Below the pieces are notes generated by a model that worked only from the letters and a program-made list of their open reading frames with translations, was not told the origin of the DNA and did not search any database. A stretch of DNA of 64,000 bases from Amphiscolops sp. MND2022 (lineage: Eukaryota): positions 76,634,001 to 76,698,000 of the forward strand of contig OZ076409.1 in assembly GCA_964187785.1 (NCBI GenBank). Direction: 5' to 3'. The position numbers and the translations under genes are program-made. This document shows, piece by piece, positions 25,755 through 38,419 of this stretch (positions are counted from its first letter, which is position 1; each line of letters opens with the position of its first letter).

Positions 25755-26039
25755 ATGTTACAAAACATGGCTTTTGCCTTTCACTACAATTGGGAGTGTA
25801 CCCACGATGGCACGGCTTTCCCAATTATACGCATTCAAACTGATAAAACGATGGGCATTTCGCTGATCCTATCAGATGGCACCTTACGACAGCTTGTCTA
25901 CGGTTCTCCTCAATGGATCGAGCTGGTTCTTCTGTTTCAAAGACAGGATTTTCCTGTCCCGAAATTCGGCGGCTTACGGACTTTCATCAAATTCCGACAA
26001 CTGCGGATGGCTTTGTTTAATGCCTATCAAACTTTATGA
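25755..26039 (+). CDS. Small sense accessory ORF (94 aa), unknown function
   Basis: ATG-initiated, globular-looking composition, inside the provirus. Confidence 0.35.
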   Translation: MLQNMAFAFHYNWECTHDGTAFPIIRIQTDKTMGISLILSDGTLRQLVYGSPQWIELVLLFQRQDFPVPKFGGLRTFIKFRQLRMALFNAYQTL

Positions 26040-26196
26040 CCAATTCATTCTGTTCGTTGTTCATTTAAACTCTTGAATCTTCTACCCTTGATAATATGCA
26101 CTTTTTTTCTTGTAAACTAGCAGATTTGGCTCCGGTCTTTTTATAAGCCAAGTTTTTTATCAAAACAAGTAGCATTAAAACCTTTCAAGTTTCAAA

Positions 26197-26250
26197 GTAT
26201 GCTGTAAACGTATGCTGTAAACGTATGCTGTAAACGTAAAAGTATGCTGT
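26197..26250. repeat. 13-bp tandem repeat (GTATGCTGTAAAC)x3 plus a partial copy
   Basis: Visible directly, between two convergent accessory ORFs. Confidence 0.85.
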
Positions 26251-26330
26251 CAAATTCAGATTGTTCAGTTATCACACTAACTAAATTATTCTAACACATA
26301 ACGTAAAACAAAAACCTAGTTTTTTGTCAC

Positions 26331-26741
26331 TTAAAACGACTGGCTGCGTGGAAGTTTCGCAACTGCTTCAGTTTTGATGACTTTTACTTCCAGTTTTGGG
26401 TTTTCGACCACGTCAGCTTTGGTTGGACAACATTTTGTTATCATTGCAGTAATTCTTTGGATAGGAAATTTCCGCCAGCAACAGCACGCAACTATTCCTA
26501 ATACAAGTAGGGCGATTAGCCATTTCATCACTTTTTTCGATTTAGAGTCAGGTTTTTCTTCGATGCTCGATGCGCCACATACACTTGTCTTTTGTGTCAC
26601 CCAGACATTCTGACCAGGCGAGACTTCCATAGCAGTCCCTTTGGGACAACACAGTACTTTGTGGCCTCGCCACTCCCTTTGCACACATATTTCAACAATG
26701 GCATAAAAGCAGAATGCCGAAACCAAGTACAGGACTTTCAT
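26331..26741 (-). CDS. Antisense small type-I membrane protein (136 aa)
   Basis: N-terminal hydrophobic signal (MKVLYLVSAFCFYAIV), short Cys-containing ectodomain, TM helix WLIALLVLGIVA, juxtamembrane CCC+WRK and basic tail. Confidence 0.65.
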   Translation of the reverse strand: MKVLYLVSAFCFYAIVEICVQREWRGHKVLCCPKGTAMEVSPGQNVWVTQKTSVCGASSIEEKPDSKSKKVMKWLIALLVLGIVACCCWRKFPIQRITAMITKCCPTKADVVENPKLEVKVIKTEAVAKLPRSQSF

Positions 26742-27121
26742 TTAGCTGAAATATTCGAAAATCTCTTTTCGACTTGGATGACATTTTGCTGTCCTATGTC
26801 CACTTAAATACAGGATGTCACATTACTTACCTACGTGCAACTAAACAACGCCAATATCACTAATACCGTAAACATGACTTGCCAAAACAAACTTTCACAA
26901 CTCGAATTTTGTCAATATCAAAAGGGCACCGGATATTGAAAACAAATGGAATCACATTTCTTGTGATCTTTCAAAAATCCACAAACCCCTCCCAAAAATA
27001 CCTAAAGTGCCATTCTTGCATTTGAGATCGATCGAACTAGTTGCTACAGTATTCATTCGAAAATTATTCGATTTTATCCAATATCAAAAAAAGGGGGAAA
27101 CACACGAAGAAAAACGGATCC

Positions 27122-29530
27122 ATGTTAGTTTTGTTCCTCCTGGTTTTCTTCACCCCTGCTTCAGTTCGAAGTGAGTGGATTTCTAATTTAGAAGCCTCCA
27201 ATAACCCGAACGAAATCCAAGAAAAGGGCGTTCTGTTCCATGAACGCAGTAAAATCTTGCTCGCGGAGAAATTTATAAAAATTGAATTTTTAGTCCCCTT
27301 TCCGACTTATGACTTCGCACTTAAACCAGATATTGTGGCCTTAATGGCCAAATTTGCGTCGATGTGGGAACTTCCATCTGTTTTTTGTCCCTTGGACTTT
27401 TCAAGTCACTTTTCAACAAATTCAACGCCGTTCAATGTCACCTGGATGTTACAACAAATAGAAACTGAAATCCACACTGCGGAACTCGATGTTGCCCTCC
27501 TACGTAATGAAACAGCAATGTTTCTCTCCCCTCCTCAACAGCAGCGGAATACTCGCCACCGACGTGGATCCCAAGTGGGACTAGCAGCTCTTGCTGCAGT
27601 CGGTCTTTTTGGAGGAGGAGTGGCTCTTGGAAGTTCTGACTCTTGTGGACTACAAGGCATTTTTGGTTCCTGTCAGGACGATGCGAAGGCAAATGCCGAA
27701 AATATTCGCAAACTATCAGACTTCCAGGACGTTTTAACCCAGTATGTAACCGATTTTACAACATCTACGGACAAAAAATTTTTTATGGTTGAAAATGAAC
27801 TGGCGGCCCTTCACGACATCCAAAGGGAACTTGTTGATACGCAGAACAAAAACTGGGCACTTATTCAACAACAGTTTGATGTTTTTGAGCATAATTTTCA
27901 TGTACTCCGCGACTGCAACCAAATGCTTTTTTCGAATCAACAACTAAACTTCAATTTCGATACCTTATCTTCGCTACTAGCAATGATACATGCAAAAGTT
28001 AAGAGCTATCGCGCGGCCTTATTTGCATTCCGCATGAACATCTTAAATTCGATTCCGATTTTACTTAGAGGTCATTTATCTATGTCTTTGGTACCAACGG
28101 AATCGTTTTTGGCTATTCTACGAAGTGTTGCAATGAAGCAGGCGACGGCTGAGGATAGGCTGTCTTTAGCTATCCCAATGTCAGATCTGCTCTCTTACTT
28201 CGATTCCAAGCTCTTAGCAGATGCTATTACGGTTAATGAAGGTCTTTTGATGACCCTGAACATCGCGCTAGCATCTAAGCAAACCGTTTTTACTGTCTAT
28301 GAAGCAAAATTAATTCCGATGCCGTATCCAGACGATCCCCAGTCGGCTCTTACATGGAACATCAAAGCTCCATATTTAGCTTTGTCGGAGGATCACATGG
28401 AGTCATCTGTCCTCTCTGCTGAACAGTTTGAGCATTGTCTCGGCGCATCTCGTTACCGAATCTGTTCAGAGTCTGTTCCAACAGAGATGGGACACTCGTC
28501 TTGTTTAGCCACTTTGTATTCCAGTACAGCATCGGAGGCTCTTGCAGTATGTGATACTACCATTGTACAACTGCCTGCCATAGAACAAGCAACAAACTTA
28601 GGCTATGGCATTTGGTTAATTCAATCCGCTCACGCAGTTACCCTTCGTGAAGTTTCATCTTCATCTGTTCAGGGCTCTTCTTTTCGCGGATGCCGCATAT
28701 GTCTCATCACTTTAGCATGTGGAATGCAAATCATGACTGACAACATCAAAATCCGATCTGATCTAACAAGTTGTGCTCACATTCCACCAATAAAATTGCA
28801 AGTTTCTCTGCCTAATCCTATCGCTTCATTGGTTATGGAAGTCCCCCCTTTGGACGAATTACCGTTCTACACATCGAAAGCTGAAGCAGGAGTGAAGTTA
28901 TTGAAGGAGGTAAAGCTACTGTTAGCAAAAGGACCAAAGAATAGTGAAGTCAAACACATGATCGACATTGCCAGACCATATGCATCAGAAATGAAACTCT
29001 TGAAACCAGCCTTAACGAAAAAATTTAATCAATATGTTCCGTTCCGAATTTCATTCATGCTGACATTAACTGTGTTCATTGTATCGACAGCTTTGCACTT
29101 GATCTTTATGTACATTTATCATCGCTACAATCTGGCATCGAAATTGTTTCCATCCCTACTTGATAAAAACAAAAAAAGAGTGCGAGCTAAACCCATGATG
29201 AAATTGGAAACAACTGATTCTCATGCTGAGGATAAATTTCACAAACAATTTGGACGAATATATCATCTTTCACGTTCACAATCGAAAAGAAATCTAAACG
29301 AACCATCTACATCTGCTAATTGCGATCAAGTGCTCATGCAAAGTCCACTAGACCCCAGAATGGCCAGTTCAATGTTTGAATACGAGACGACTGCATTCAA
29401 ACAATGCCATCCCATTAAAAATCTTCAATCATCAATCAAAAAACACCCAAGTAACTGTCAAGTTACAATTAACCAAAAGGTTCCCGATACCGGAGACTTT
29501 GAAGCAGACCAAGCCGACACCATTGCTTGA
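27122..29530 (+). CDS. env: Envelope / class I fusion glycoprotein (F-like), 802 aa, intact ORF
   Basis: ATG 27122 with signal peptide MLVLFLLVFFTPASVRS; NxT sequons; furin site RHRR followed by the hydrophobic Gly/Ala fusion peptide GSQVGLAALAAVGLFGGGVALG; heptad-like helices; Cys-rich domain; TM ISFMLTLTVFIVSTALHLIFMYIY. Located before the PPT and 3' LTR. Confidence 0.9.
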   Translation: MLVLFLLVFFTPASVRSEWISNLEASNNPNEIQEKGVLFHERSKILLAEKFIKIEFLVPFPTYDFALKPDIVALMAKFASMWELPSVFCPLDFSSHFSTNSTPFNVTWMLQQIETEIHTAELDVALLRNETAMFLSPPQQQRNTRHRRGSQVGLAALAAVGLFGGGVALGSSDSCGLQGIFGSCQDDAKANAENIRKLSDFQDVLTQYVTDFTTSTDKKFFMVENELAALHDIQRELVDTQNKNWALIQQQFDVFEHNFHVLRDCNQMLFSNQQLNFNFDTLSSLLAMIHAKVKSYRAALFAFRMNILNSIPILLRGHLSMSLVPTESFLAILRSVAMKQATAEDRLSLAIPMSDLLSYFDSKLLADAITVNEGLLMTLNIALASKQTVFTVYEAKLIPMPYPDDPQSALTWNIKAPYLALSEDHMESSVLSAEQFEHCLGASRYRICSESVPTEMGHSSCLATLYSSTASEALAVCDTTIVQLPAIEQATNLGYGIWLIQSAHAVTLREVSSSSVQGSSFRGCRICLITLACGMQIMTDNIKIRSDLTSCAHIPPIKLQVSLPNPIASLVMEVPPLDELPFYTSKAEAGVKLLKEVKLLLAKGPKNSEVKHMIDIARPYASEMKLLKPALTKKFNQYVPFRISFMLTLTVFIVSTALHLIFMYIYHRYNLASKLFPSLLDKNKKRVRAKPMMKLETTDSHAEDKFHKQFGRIYHLSRSQSKRNLNEPSTSANCDQVLMQSPLDPRMASSMFEYETTAFKQCHPIKNLQSSIKKHPSNCQVTINQKVPDTGDFEADQADTIA

Positions 29531-29855
29531 CTTCACGAACCTTCGGTTCAATCATTCATTCATCATTGAGATTGATCAAAACAAATCCTTTCATAAATTT
29601 TCTTCTGCAGTAATATGTAAACTATAAATGCAGTAATCTTTGGCTCTACAATATTCAACTGGACTGGATGAAATATACAACTTTATCACAACATGAAACT
29701 GGGACTTGTGCTGCTCTCCAAAACTCTTATCTTTGGGCTCTTTCAATGGAATTATTGGAAGTAGACTACTCAACTTGGCAATTTCAGCTTCTAATCATCA
29801 CTACACTACTCCTCAAACTGTATGATGGCTCTTTTTCAGACGCCGGAAGTTTTTC

Positions 29856-29867
29856 GATGAGAGGAAG
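29856..29867 (+). promoter_or_regulatory. Polypurine tract
   Basis: GATGAGAGGAAG immediately 5' of the 3' LTR. Confidence 0.8.
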
Positions 29868-30199
29868 TGTAACATAGCTGAAACATTCCGTTGTTGAGGA
29901 CAAAAGAACTGATTGAAAGAACTCTTAAATATTTGACCTTAAAACTATTTTACCTATGACAGAACTTTAATCTTTTAACTATTTGATCAGCATCTTTAAA
30001 CAAATAACTATGATAACACTTATTAATACAAAAACATCAGTGCTGACAATAACTAGAGAATTGCATGGTTGTGTTTTCAAATAAGAAGATTGAGAACTAA
30101 TCTGAGGATTGTGATCCATGTTCCGAAGACTTGGCTGCTCTCCATTCCTGCATCCAGCCGCCAGCCATAAAAACTCATCTTAAAAGTAGAGATATAAGT
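29868..30199 (+). repeat. 3' LTR of element 2
   Basis: Direct repeat of 15942-16273, followed by the ATTGT TSD. Confidence 0.97.
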
Positions 30200-30559
30200 A
30201 TTGTCGACCTTACCTCTACCAATGTATATCCAAATCAGCAACCTGCTACTATCAAAAATACTACGTGGACGCTATTACTCCCAAAAGCTTCGAATACATC
30301 TTATTTTCCGCTTGTTTCTGTTTCAGCTGGATAGACCAAAGAATAAAACTCTGGAAAACGACTTCTACCAAAGCGACTGACTCTCAATTTCTAAGACTGG
30401 ATATTACTGACCGAACAAACTTGAAGAAAAAAGTAACTTTTCTGGCAGAATTTAAACAACTTGAACAAATTTTACAGGTGTACATGAGCAGTGACATGCG
30501 ATTGGACGATGAAAAACTGCGGAAGCAAAACGAACATCTAGAACATGATAACTGTGGGG

Positions 30560-31330
30560 ACGTAGTCCCTTGTGTTTATAAACACTAAATGCGTTTTACT
30601 ACTCTGTGTTCCGTGACGATATCGCGTTTCGATATGGCTGGGAACCCAGAAACCTACCTTCGAAATCCGCCTGTGATGAAAACTTGGTCGTGACCCATGC
30701 AATGCGCTGTGCAAGGGGTGGCTTCACACATGTGAGACACAATGAAATACGTGACACGTTCGCGGAACTATTGGACGAAATCTGTTTCGATGTCGAAATG
30801 GAGCCGATCCTTCAGCCTCTACAAGGGAAACCCTTTCAAAGAAACCAACGAGCACTGAAGATGACGCCCGACTTGACATTAACGCAAACTGTGGGAATCA
30901 GCTTCAAATCATACTTCGACGTTAAAATTTTTAACCCTTTGCAAAAATTTGTCCGAAAAACATTGACGACGATTATAACGTCCACGAGAACGCTGGAAAT
31001 TGCGCTTCAACAGAACTTACTTCGACGTTAAAATTTTTAACCCCTTTGCAAAAAGTTGTCCGGAAAACATTGCCGACGCCTATAACTTCCACGATAACGC
31101 AAAGAAGTTGAAGTATGAATCGAGAATTACTGAAGTGGAGAACGCTAGCTTCCATCCGCGGATCCTTGCTAGCCCAGGTGGTGCAGGCCCAGTAATGATT
31201 TGAATAGCTTCGAAGATCAGCGAGAAAAAAGACGACTCTTATGCGAACGTGATAACTTTCAAAAGGACAAAACTGCCTCGCTCTCCTAAGATGCTCAATA
31301 TTGTGTATTCGAGGCTCACGTTTGATGCGT
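30560..31330 (+). pseudogene. CRE-like non-LTR fragment (Zn knuckle + restriction-like endonuclease region)
   Basis: FRDDIAFRYGW...HAMRCARGG...RHNEIRD...EPILQPLQG...ARLDI...YFDVKIFNP...KKLKYESRITEVENASF.P...GGAG. Internal ~80-bp duplication at ~30912-31100. Confidence 0.7.
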
Positions 31331-32111
31331 CAGACTAACAACTCTGGCATCATCAATTATTACAGTAGTTGACGATAACTTTAGGATAACTTATTAATAA
31401 TTATCACACTGATTCATTTTCTGGCATTGGACTGTGGAATTGAGGGTTGTTTTTTGTAAGAATGTGCTCATAAATCTTGATGAAACCAAGTATTAGACTC
31501 ATGTTGCCGTAAGGATGATGTTGATTTAGTATACTATGCTTTTCTGCGCTATCGAAAAATATTTCCATAAACTCAGAGCCAATGCCAGCTCATATGTCTA
31601 GATTGTACTTTTACATTCTTCTAATTAATCTTTGATCTCAATGTCAATGCGACTCCTTTATTTATATTAATTCTTTGTCTATTTACTATAGTGTGTCTTC
31701 TCCCCCCAACATGATGATACACATGGCACTTGCTTGATGACAAAGATCCATGATATCTGATTTTCGAATATTCTAACTTTTTCATATAAAATCAAACCTT
31801 CCTACCTTGTACCTTTCAAACATTAACCGGACGACTGTACATTCACGTATTTCTTTCATTAACTATTTTTGTTATTCATTCATAGTTTTCATTCATGAAT
31901 TCATAATATTGCCAATCGGGGACGTATTTCTCATGATTTTACTCGTTTTATTCCAGTCTTTAGTCCTTGTAGTAGTGTTTGTGTTGTTGCTTGAAATATA
32001 GTAGTTATGTCAGTGTTTTTTTTGTTTTTCAGTCATTTTTAGACGTTATTCTCGTCTCTTTCAGATTCAGATGGTATTCCTTTGGACTAAGCCTGATGGA
32101 CTATTCCTGAT

Positions 32112-32857
32112 GGACTAAGCTCTGATGAAATTGTCTGGTTGGGTGAGAAGCCCAACATCCAATGGAACTGTGACGTGTGCCTTCCCACTGCCAATGAAGA
32201 AGCCGTCTCTTCTCTTACTGAAGCTAAGTTGAATTCAATTTTGTCCGATTTTCAAGTCACTATTAAAAATTCAGTATCTGAAATTGTACCTGGCCTTATT
32301 AAAAATGCCTTACTTGACATGAATGAAAACGTCAAAGAGGCTGTTACCAGCTCTCTTCCCTCTTATCGAGATATTGTTTTGAATGCCAAGAAACCTCCCT
32401 CTGAACCTCAGTTTATCATTACTGGGATTCCTGAAAAAGAAGAAAAATACTTTAAACAAGTTGAAGAAGACACTAAAATGGTTGATGATATTATTCAGCA
32501 CATGGGTTTGCGCACTGAAGGCAATATAAATGCTATTCGCCGACTGGGAAAGATTTCTAAAACAAAGGAGCCGATAAGGGAGAGAATTCTAGTTCACGAT
32601 GTCGTCCAATACTTGTTACTGCAACGAATCCTCTCTTCATGAACCACTGTTTTGCTCGCAGTCACCATCTCCAAACATTCGACTATCGTGTCTACATCAA
32701 AAAACTTTTATCCTCTGCTGATCGCCAACGTGAAAAGAACATTCTATCCAAAAGATATCATATGATCCACGCAGAAAATAAAGACAAGAAAGATTTCCGT
32801 ATACGAAACCTAAAACTCTATTATCAAAACAAAGAAGTTGAAATTGAATCTACTTGA
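32112..32857 (+). pseudogene. LINE ORF1 (5'-truncated PHD finger end, coiled coil, RRM-like), one frameshift
   Basis: GLSSDEIVWLGEKPNIQWNCDVC; FIITGIPE; IRRLGK; VYIKK...RQREK. Confidence 0.75.
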
Positions 32858-32875
32858 CTAGACTCTCTGAGATGT

Positions 32876-35709
32876 ATGCTGGTGAATTGTCAATCAATAT
32901 GTCCAATGGAAAAGCGTATGACTTTAGTCCATCTGTGCAATTCTAACTCTGTTGCTTTGGTTTTTCTTACGGAAACATGGCTTCATGATGAAATTACTGA
33001 CTCAGAAGTTTTCATTGGTTCCTCTTATCGTACTATTGCGCGCACTGATAGAAGTCGCGGTGAACATGGTGGCTTACTAATTGCCCAGTCGTCCAACATT
33101 CCAATTCGTGCAATTGATATTACTATTGAGGAATTCGGTTTCGCCATTGCTTGTGTAATTCTCAGTCATGTTCCCTCGTTCTTTATATTGGTATACAATC
33201 CTCCCTACTACTCTTCTAAATATTCTGTGGTTATTTCAAAATTAGTCCGATGTATGGAAGCCTATTACAAAAAGTTTGTTGATATTTTGCTGCAATTCAG
33301 CTACACTGGTACCCATAATGTCTACATTCTTGGTGATTTCAACTTCCCAAATGTCGACTGGAAATCCTATTCTTCTACTTCTTCAATGGAACGTTACTTC
33401 CTTGACTTTATTCTTGAAAAAGACCTAGTTCAGATGGTTCATGAGCCTACACATAAAAATCAAAACATTCTTGACCTTGTGTTCTGTGATAGTCAATGTT
33501 TAGCCCTGTCAATTAGCCCTGTTCTATTTTCTGATCACTATCCTATATACTTTGATTTCGCTTCCTCTGTGTCTTCAAACTCCTACAAGAATGTTTTTTC
33601 CAGATCATCCTTCAATGTGATTTCATTCAATGGTTGTTTACAACCTTTATTCAATCTGATCAGTTTCGACAATATCCCAAACAGTCAATATCCCGAAGAG
33701 TGGTATTTGATTCTATCTTCATCGCTAAACAGCTCCATTGCAACTAAACGTGCTAAACGACTATCACTGCCGTTATACTATTCTTCTCACACTATTCATC
33801 TTCTAAATACCAGAGACACAACTCTTCGCAAATTGTCAAAGTACAGTTCTTTCCTGCAAGCTACCAAACTCAAAGAAATTACAACAGCTATTTCTGATTC
33901 TATTGAACTAGACAAACAATTGTTCGTAAATCAGTTTGATCTTTCATCTTCTAGGCTGTGTTTCAAGTTGTTACGCAACCTTGGATTTGGCAAGACACTT
34001 CCCTCAGTAATGTTTCACAAAACCAAAGCTCTGAATTGCGATCATGAAAAATCTTCAGAGTTCAATTCTTATTTTGCGTCTGTATTCAATGAGAAAGAAG
34101 ATCATCAGTTTCCTGAGACCTTTGATAACCCCTCGATTAAACTAGATGACTTCCAACTGTCTGTTTCCGATGTTGAAGATCTGTTGAGAAAATGCCCTGA
34201 TTCCAGTGCATGTGGTGCTGACAATATTCCATCATTTGTTCTAAGTAGCTGTTCTGATATCCTCGCCCCTCTTGCTTTTGATTTATTTAATTGGATTATA
34301 CGGAACCGTACCTGGCCATCTCAATGGAAAACTTCACTTGTCACTCCTCTACATAAGTCTGGAAATCATTCGGACATTACCAACTACAGACCAATTAGTA
34401 TTCTGCCTAAGCTGTCGCTTGTCCTTGAGAGATTATTGTTTAATTTTATTTACCCTAGAATTAGTCAAATGATTAAACGTGAACAACATGGTTTCATGAA
34501 ATCTAGAAGCACTGTTTCTCAAATGATCAGCTACCTGGACAGTGTTTATGTTTCTTGTGATTGTGATTCTTATGCCGTTGCTGTTTATTTTGATGTCACA
34601 AAGGCCTTTGATTCTGTTTCTCACCATTTGTTGTTGTCAAAACTTGAAAAATTTTCTTTCGACCGCAATTTTCTAGAATTATTCAACTCTTATCTATTTG
34701 GGCGCTACCAGAGTGTGTGCATAAATCAATCTATTTCGTCGGCCCTACCTGTTACATCAGGTGTGCCCCAGGGCAGTGTGTTGGGTCCGTTACTATTTTT
34801 ATGTTTCATAAATGATATTGGTGATTGCATACAAGACAGCCAATTCCGACTCTTTGCCGATGATCTTAAGGTCTTCAATAACTTCAATGCACAATCAGTT
34901 CAAGCCGACTTTAATAGTCTTTCTGAATGGAGCGAATTGAACAATCTTGACTTTCACCCTGAAAAGTGTAAAGTTATCGATTTTAGTCGCAAAAACAAAT
35001 CCGACCAATTGATGCTTGGTTGCAATCCTCTTCCCTTTGTCGAAGAAATGGATCACCTTGGTTTCATTATCTCTAACCACTTATCATGGAAACGACATGT
35101 TGATTCTAAGCTCCTAAAATCAAAAAGAGTTTTCTTTTTTCTAAAGAGAAACATTCCATTTTCTACATCTTCTAAAAGGAAAAAGTTATTGTATTCATCC
35201 CTTACTCTTCCTATTTTACTGTATGGCTCACCTGTATGGTGTCCAACTAGAACCCAGCTTCGTCAACTTGAAAATTTTCAATACAAAGTAATACGTTGGA
35301 TCAATAAAACTTCTTATCTTGTTTCAGCACTGATACATCTTGACATCCTTCCAATATGCTACCAAATTGTGAAAAACGACGTTATTCTGTTATGGAAGTT
35401 GTGTAACAATTCTGTGGACCTAGACAACAATATCATGAGATCCAACCTATGCACACGCTCGTCATCGAATGGCCTGTTCTACATTCCAAAATGCAACAAA
35501 AGTTTTCCACAAATGACAATTTCTATATTAGAGCGGCGCGTTCAGCAAATGAACTGATAAATTTGAAAATTGTGTCTTTTGATATGCCTCTTGATATTTT
35601 CAAGTCTTGTATAAATCGGTTCCTTGCTGATAAAACTGCAAATTGTTTCAACATTGATCACTCATGCAGTTTCTACCTGAAATGCCTATGTACTTTTTGT
35701 AGATCATAA
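32876..35709 (+). CDS. LINE ORF2: AP endonuclease + reverse transcriptase (one frameshift near 35490)
   Basis: LTETWL, VYNPP, LGDFN, LDLVF, SDHYP (APE); NYRPISIL, FDVTKAFDSV, GVPQGSVLGP, FADD (RT); C-terminal CSFYLKCLCTFCRS in the shifted frame. Confidence 0.92.
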
Positions 35710-35759
35710 CTCATTACATTTTGATGTCGTATCACCCTTTGAAAAGGAATTGAGTCTTT

Positions 35760-36778
<1,019 letters not shown>

Positions 36779-38354
36779 GTGTAGCCAAGTGTAAAAAAGG
36801 TAGGGTAATACAAATTTGAGAAATTTTCCCCGGAGCTTGCGAAAACTCAATACGTGTTAACCGCACTCAGCAAAGTGATCACCAACAGCATTACACTTTT
36901 CCTGATGCTAATGACAAAGGAATATGTCAATAGGGTTGAGCGCTGAAGGGTTTAACAAAGTCATGGTCAGCGCCAACCTTCCAAGTGGTTTGTCATTTGG
37001 CAGTTTTTTTGGAACCCTTTCTGGTGTTCAAATTAACACCAAATGTTTCGTTGCAACCTTGCTGAAAAAACTACACTACTTGCAATTCGATAAATGCAGA
37101 CATCAGATAGTCTCACGACGTTAGAAATTATTAGAGTAGACATCGAAATTTTGGCCAAAACGCGACTTTTTTGATGGCATCTTCTGAGACACCAAAACGT
37201 CGTACAGAAGCCAAAATCACCGTGTGATCTATTTTCATGATATTGTTGCTTGGCGCAAAAAATGGCTGACCTCAGACAATTTAAATATAAGCACTCTTTA
37301 TTTACGTATAATCTGAGGTCTGGTCCGGGTCACTTCAAATGCAAATTTTGGGCTAAAATGCGAAATTTCGGAATTTTGCTTATGGACAGCTATAAATTGT
37401 TCAAAACAGTTAGAAAACATTTGGGAAAGCTTTTTTACTTGATAATCAATCAGTTTTGATCATTACCACGCCAAGATGGACCTTCGAAGACGACTAGTCT
37501 GGAATGCTATGTCGTGACAATAGCTTAAAAAGAGAATCACTTTTCTGGTAAAATTAGAAGTCGCCAAGAAGTTATCACTCAGGAAAAAGAAGTTAAACTG
37601 AACAACTTTGAATCTAGATTGACTTGTTCATTGTCAGTACAAAGAAGTGCTTGAGAGCGGTTTTTTAAACCCTTTTTCGGGAAAATTACTAACAGATGTT
37701 TAGAAAAAAAATAGCTCTTTGGGAATTTAACCAGAACAAATACCTTCAATTCTATAGACTCCGAAAACTGACAAAAACCTTCTCGTTTTCAGGCCTACTT
37801 GATAAACCCCCCCTAAGGTAAGGCGGACATTGGCCCATTGGCTTTTAGGTAAGGCGGACATTGAGGGCCAAGTCGAAAAAAGGACAAGCAAGTACCCTTT
37901 TTTAGTACGGGACTACAGCTTAAACCGATGTCATTGTTTCAAAGATCGTTTTCAACATCGTTTTAATATTTTACTATATGATAACTAGATTTTTGTCGTG
38001 AATGATCTCTAAGCATCACTTATGCTTTGTAACTTATCAGCGAAGTGGCCATTTGAGAAGAGTGCACCGATGCCTATACTTTGATCCAAATTTTTGAAAC
38101 AATTTTCTGATAAAAAGTCATGCTTCGAGAATGCATTATGAAGAAGCAGTTTAATCACAGTCTTCAAAACAATATATATAGAAGCATAATAAATAGTAAA
38201 CTGGGCATCAACTGCTCCAAGAAAAGCAATTCACTCTGTGTGATGGCTAGAGAACCGTCACTCAGTTGTTCTTCGAATTATATGATATCCTTAAATGTTC
38301 AAATTTTCTGGATCCATCGTTTTTGAATCTCTTGCGAAACAATTCTTCATTGAG

Positions 38355-38419
38355 TCATCATCTCCATCATTATCATAATCATCATCATCATCTTCATCAT
38401 CATCATCGTCGTCGTCATC
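38355..38419 (+). repeat. Imperfect (CAT)n microsatellite
   Basis: catcatctccatcattatcataatcatcatcat... Confidence 0.8.

Larger units (their letters stand above)
15942..30199 (+). mobile_element. Full-length env-bearing Ty3/Gypsy endogenous retrovirus-like element (element 2), 14258 bp
   Basis: Paired 332-bp LTRs, ATTGT TSD at 15937-15941 and 30200-30204, PBS, PPT, gag, pol (PR-RT-RH-IN-macro), accessory region and env. Confidence 0.97.

Noticed and set aside
26197..26250. CRISPR-like array
   Set aside because: Head-to-tail 13-bp repeats without spacers in eukaryotic DNA.
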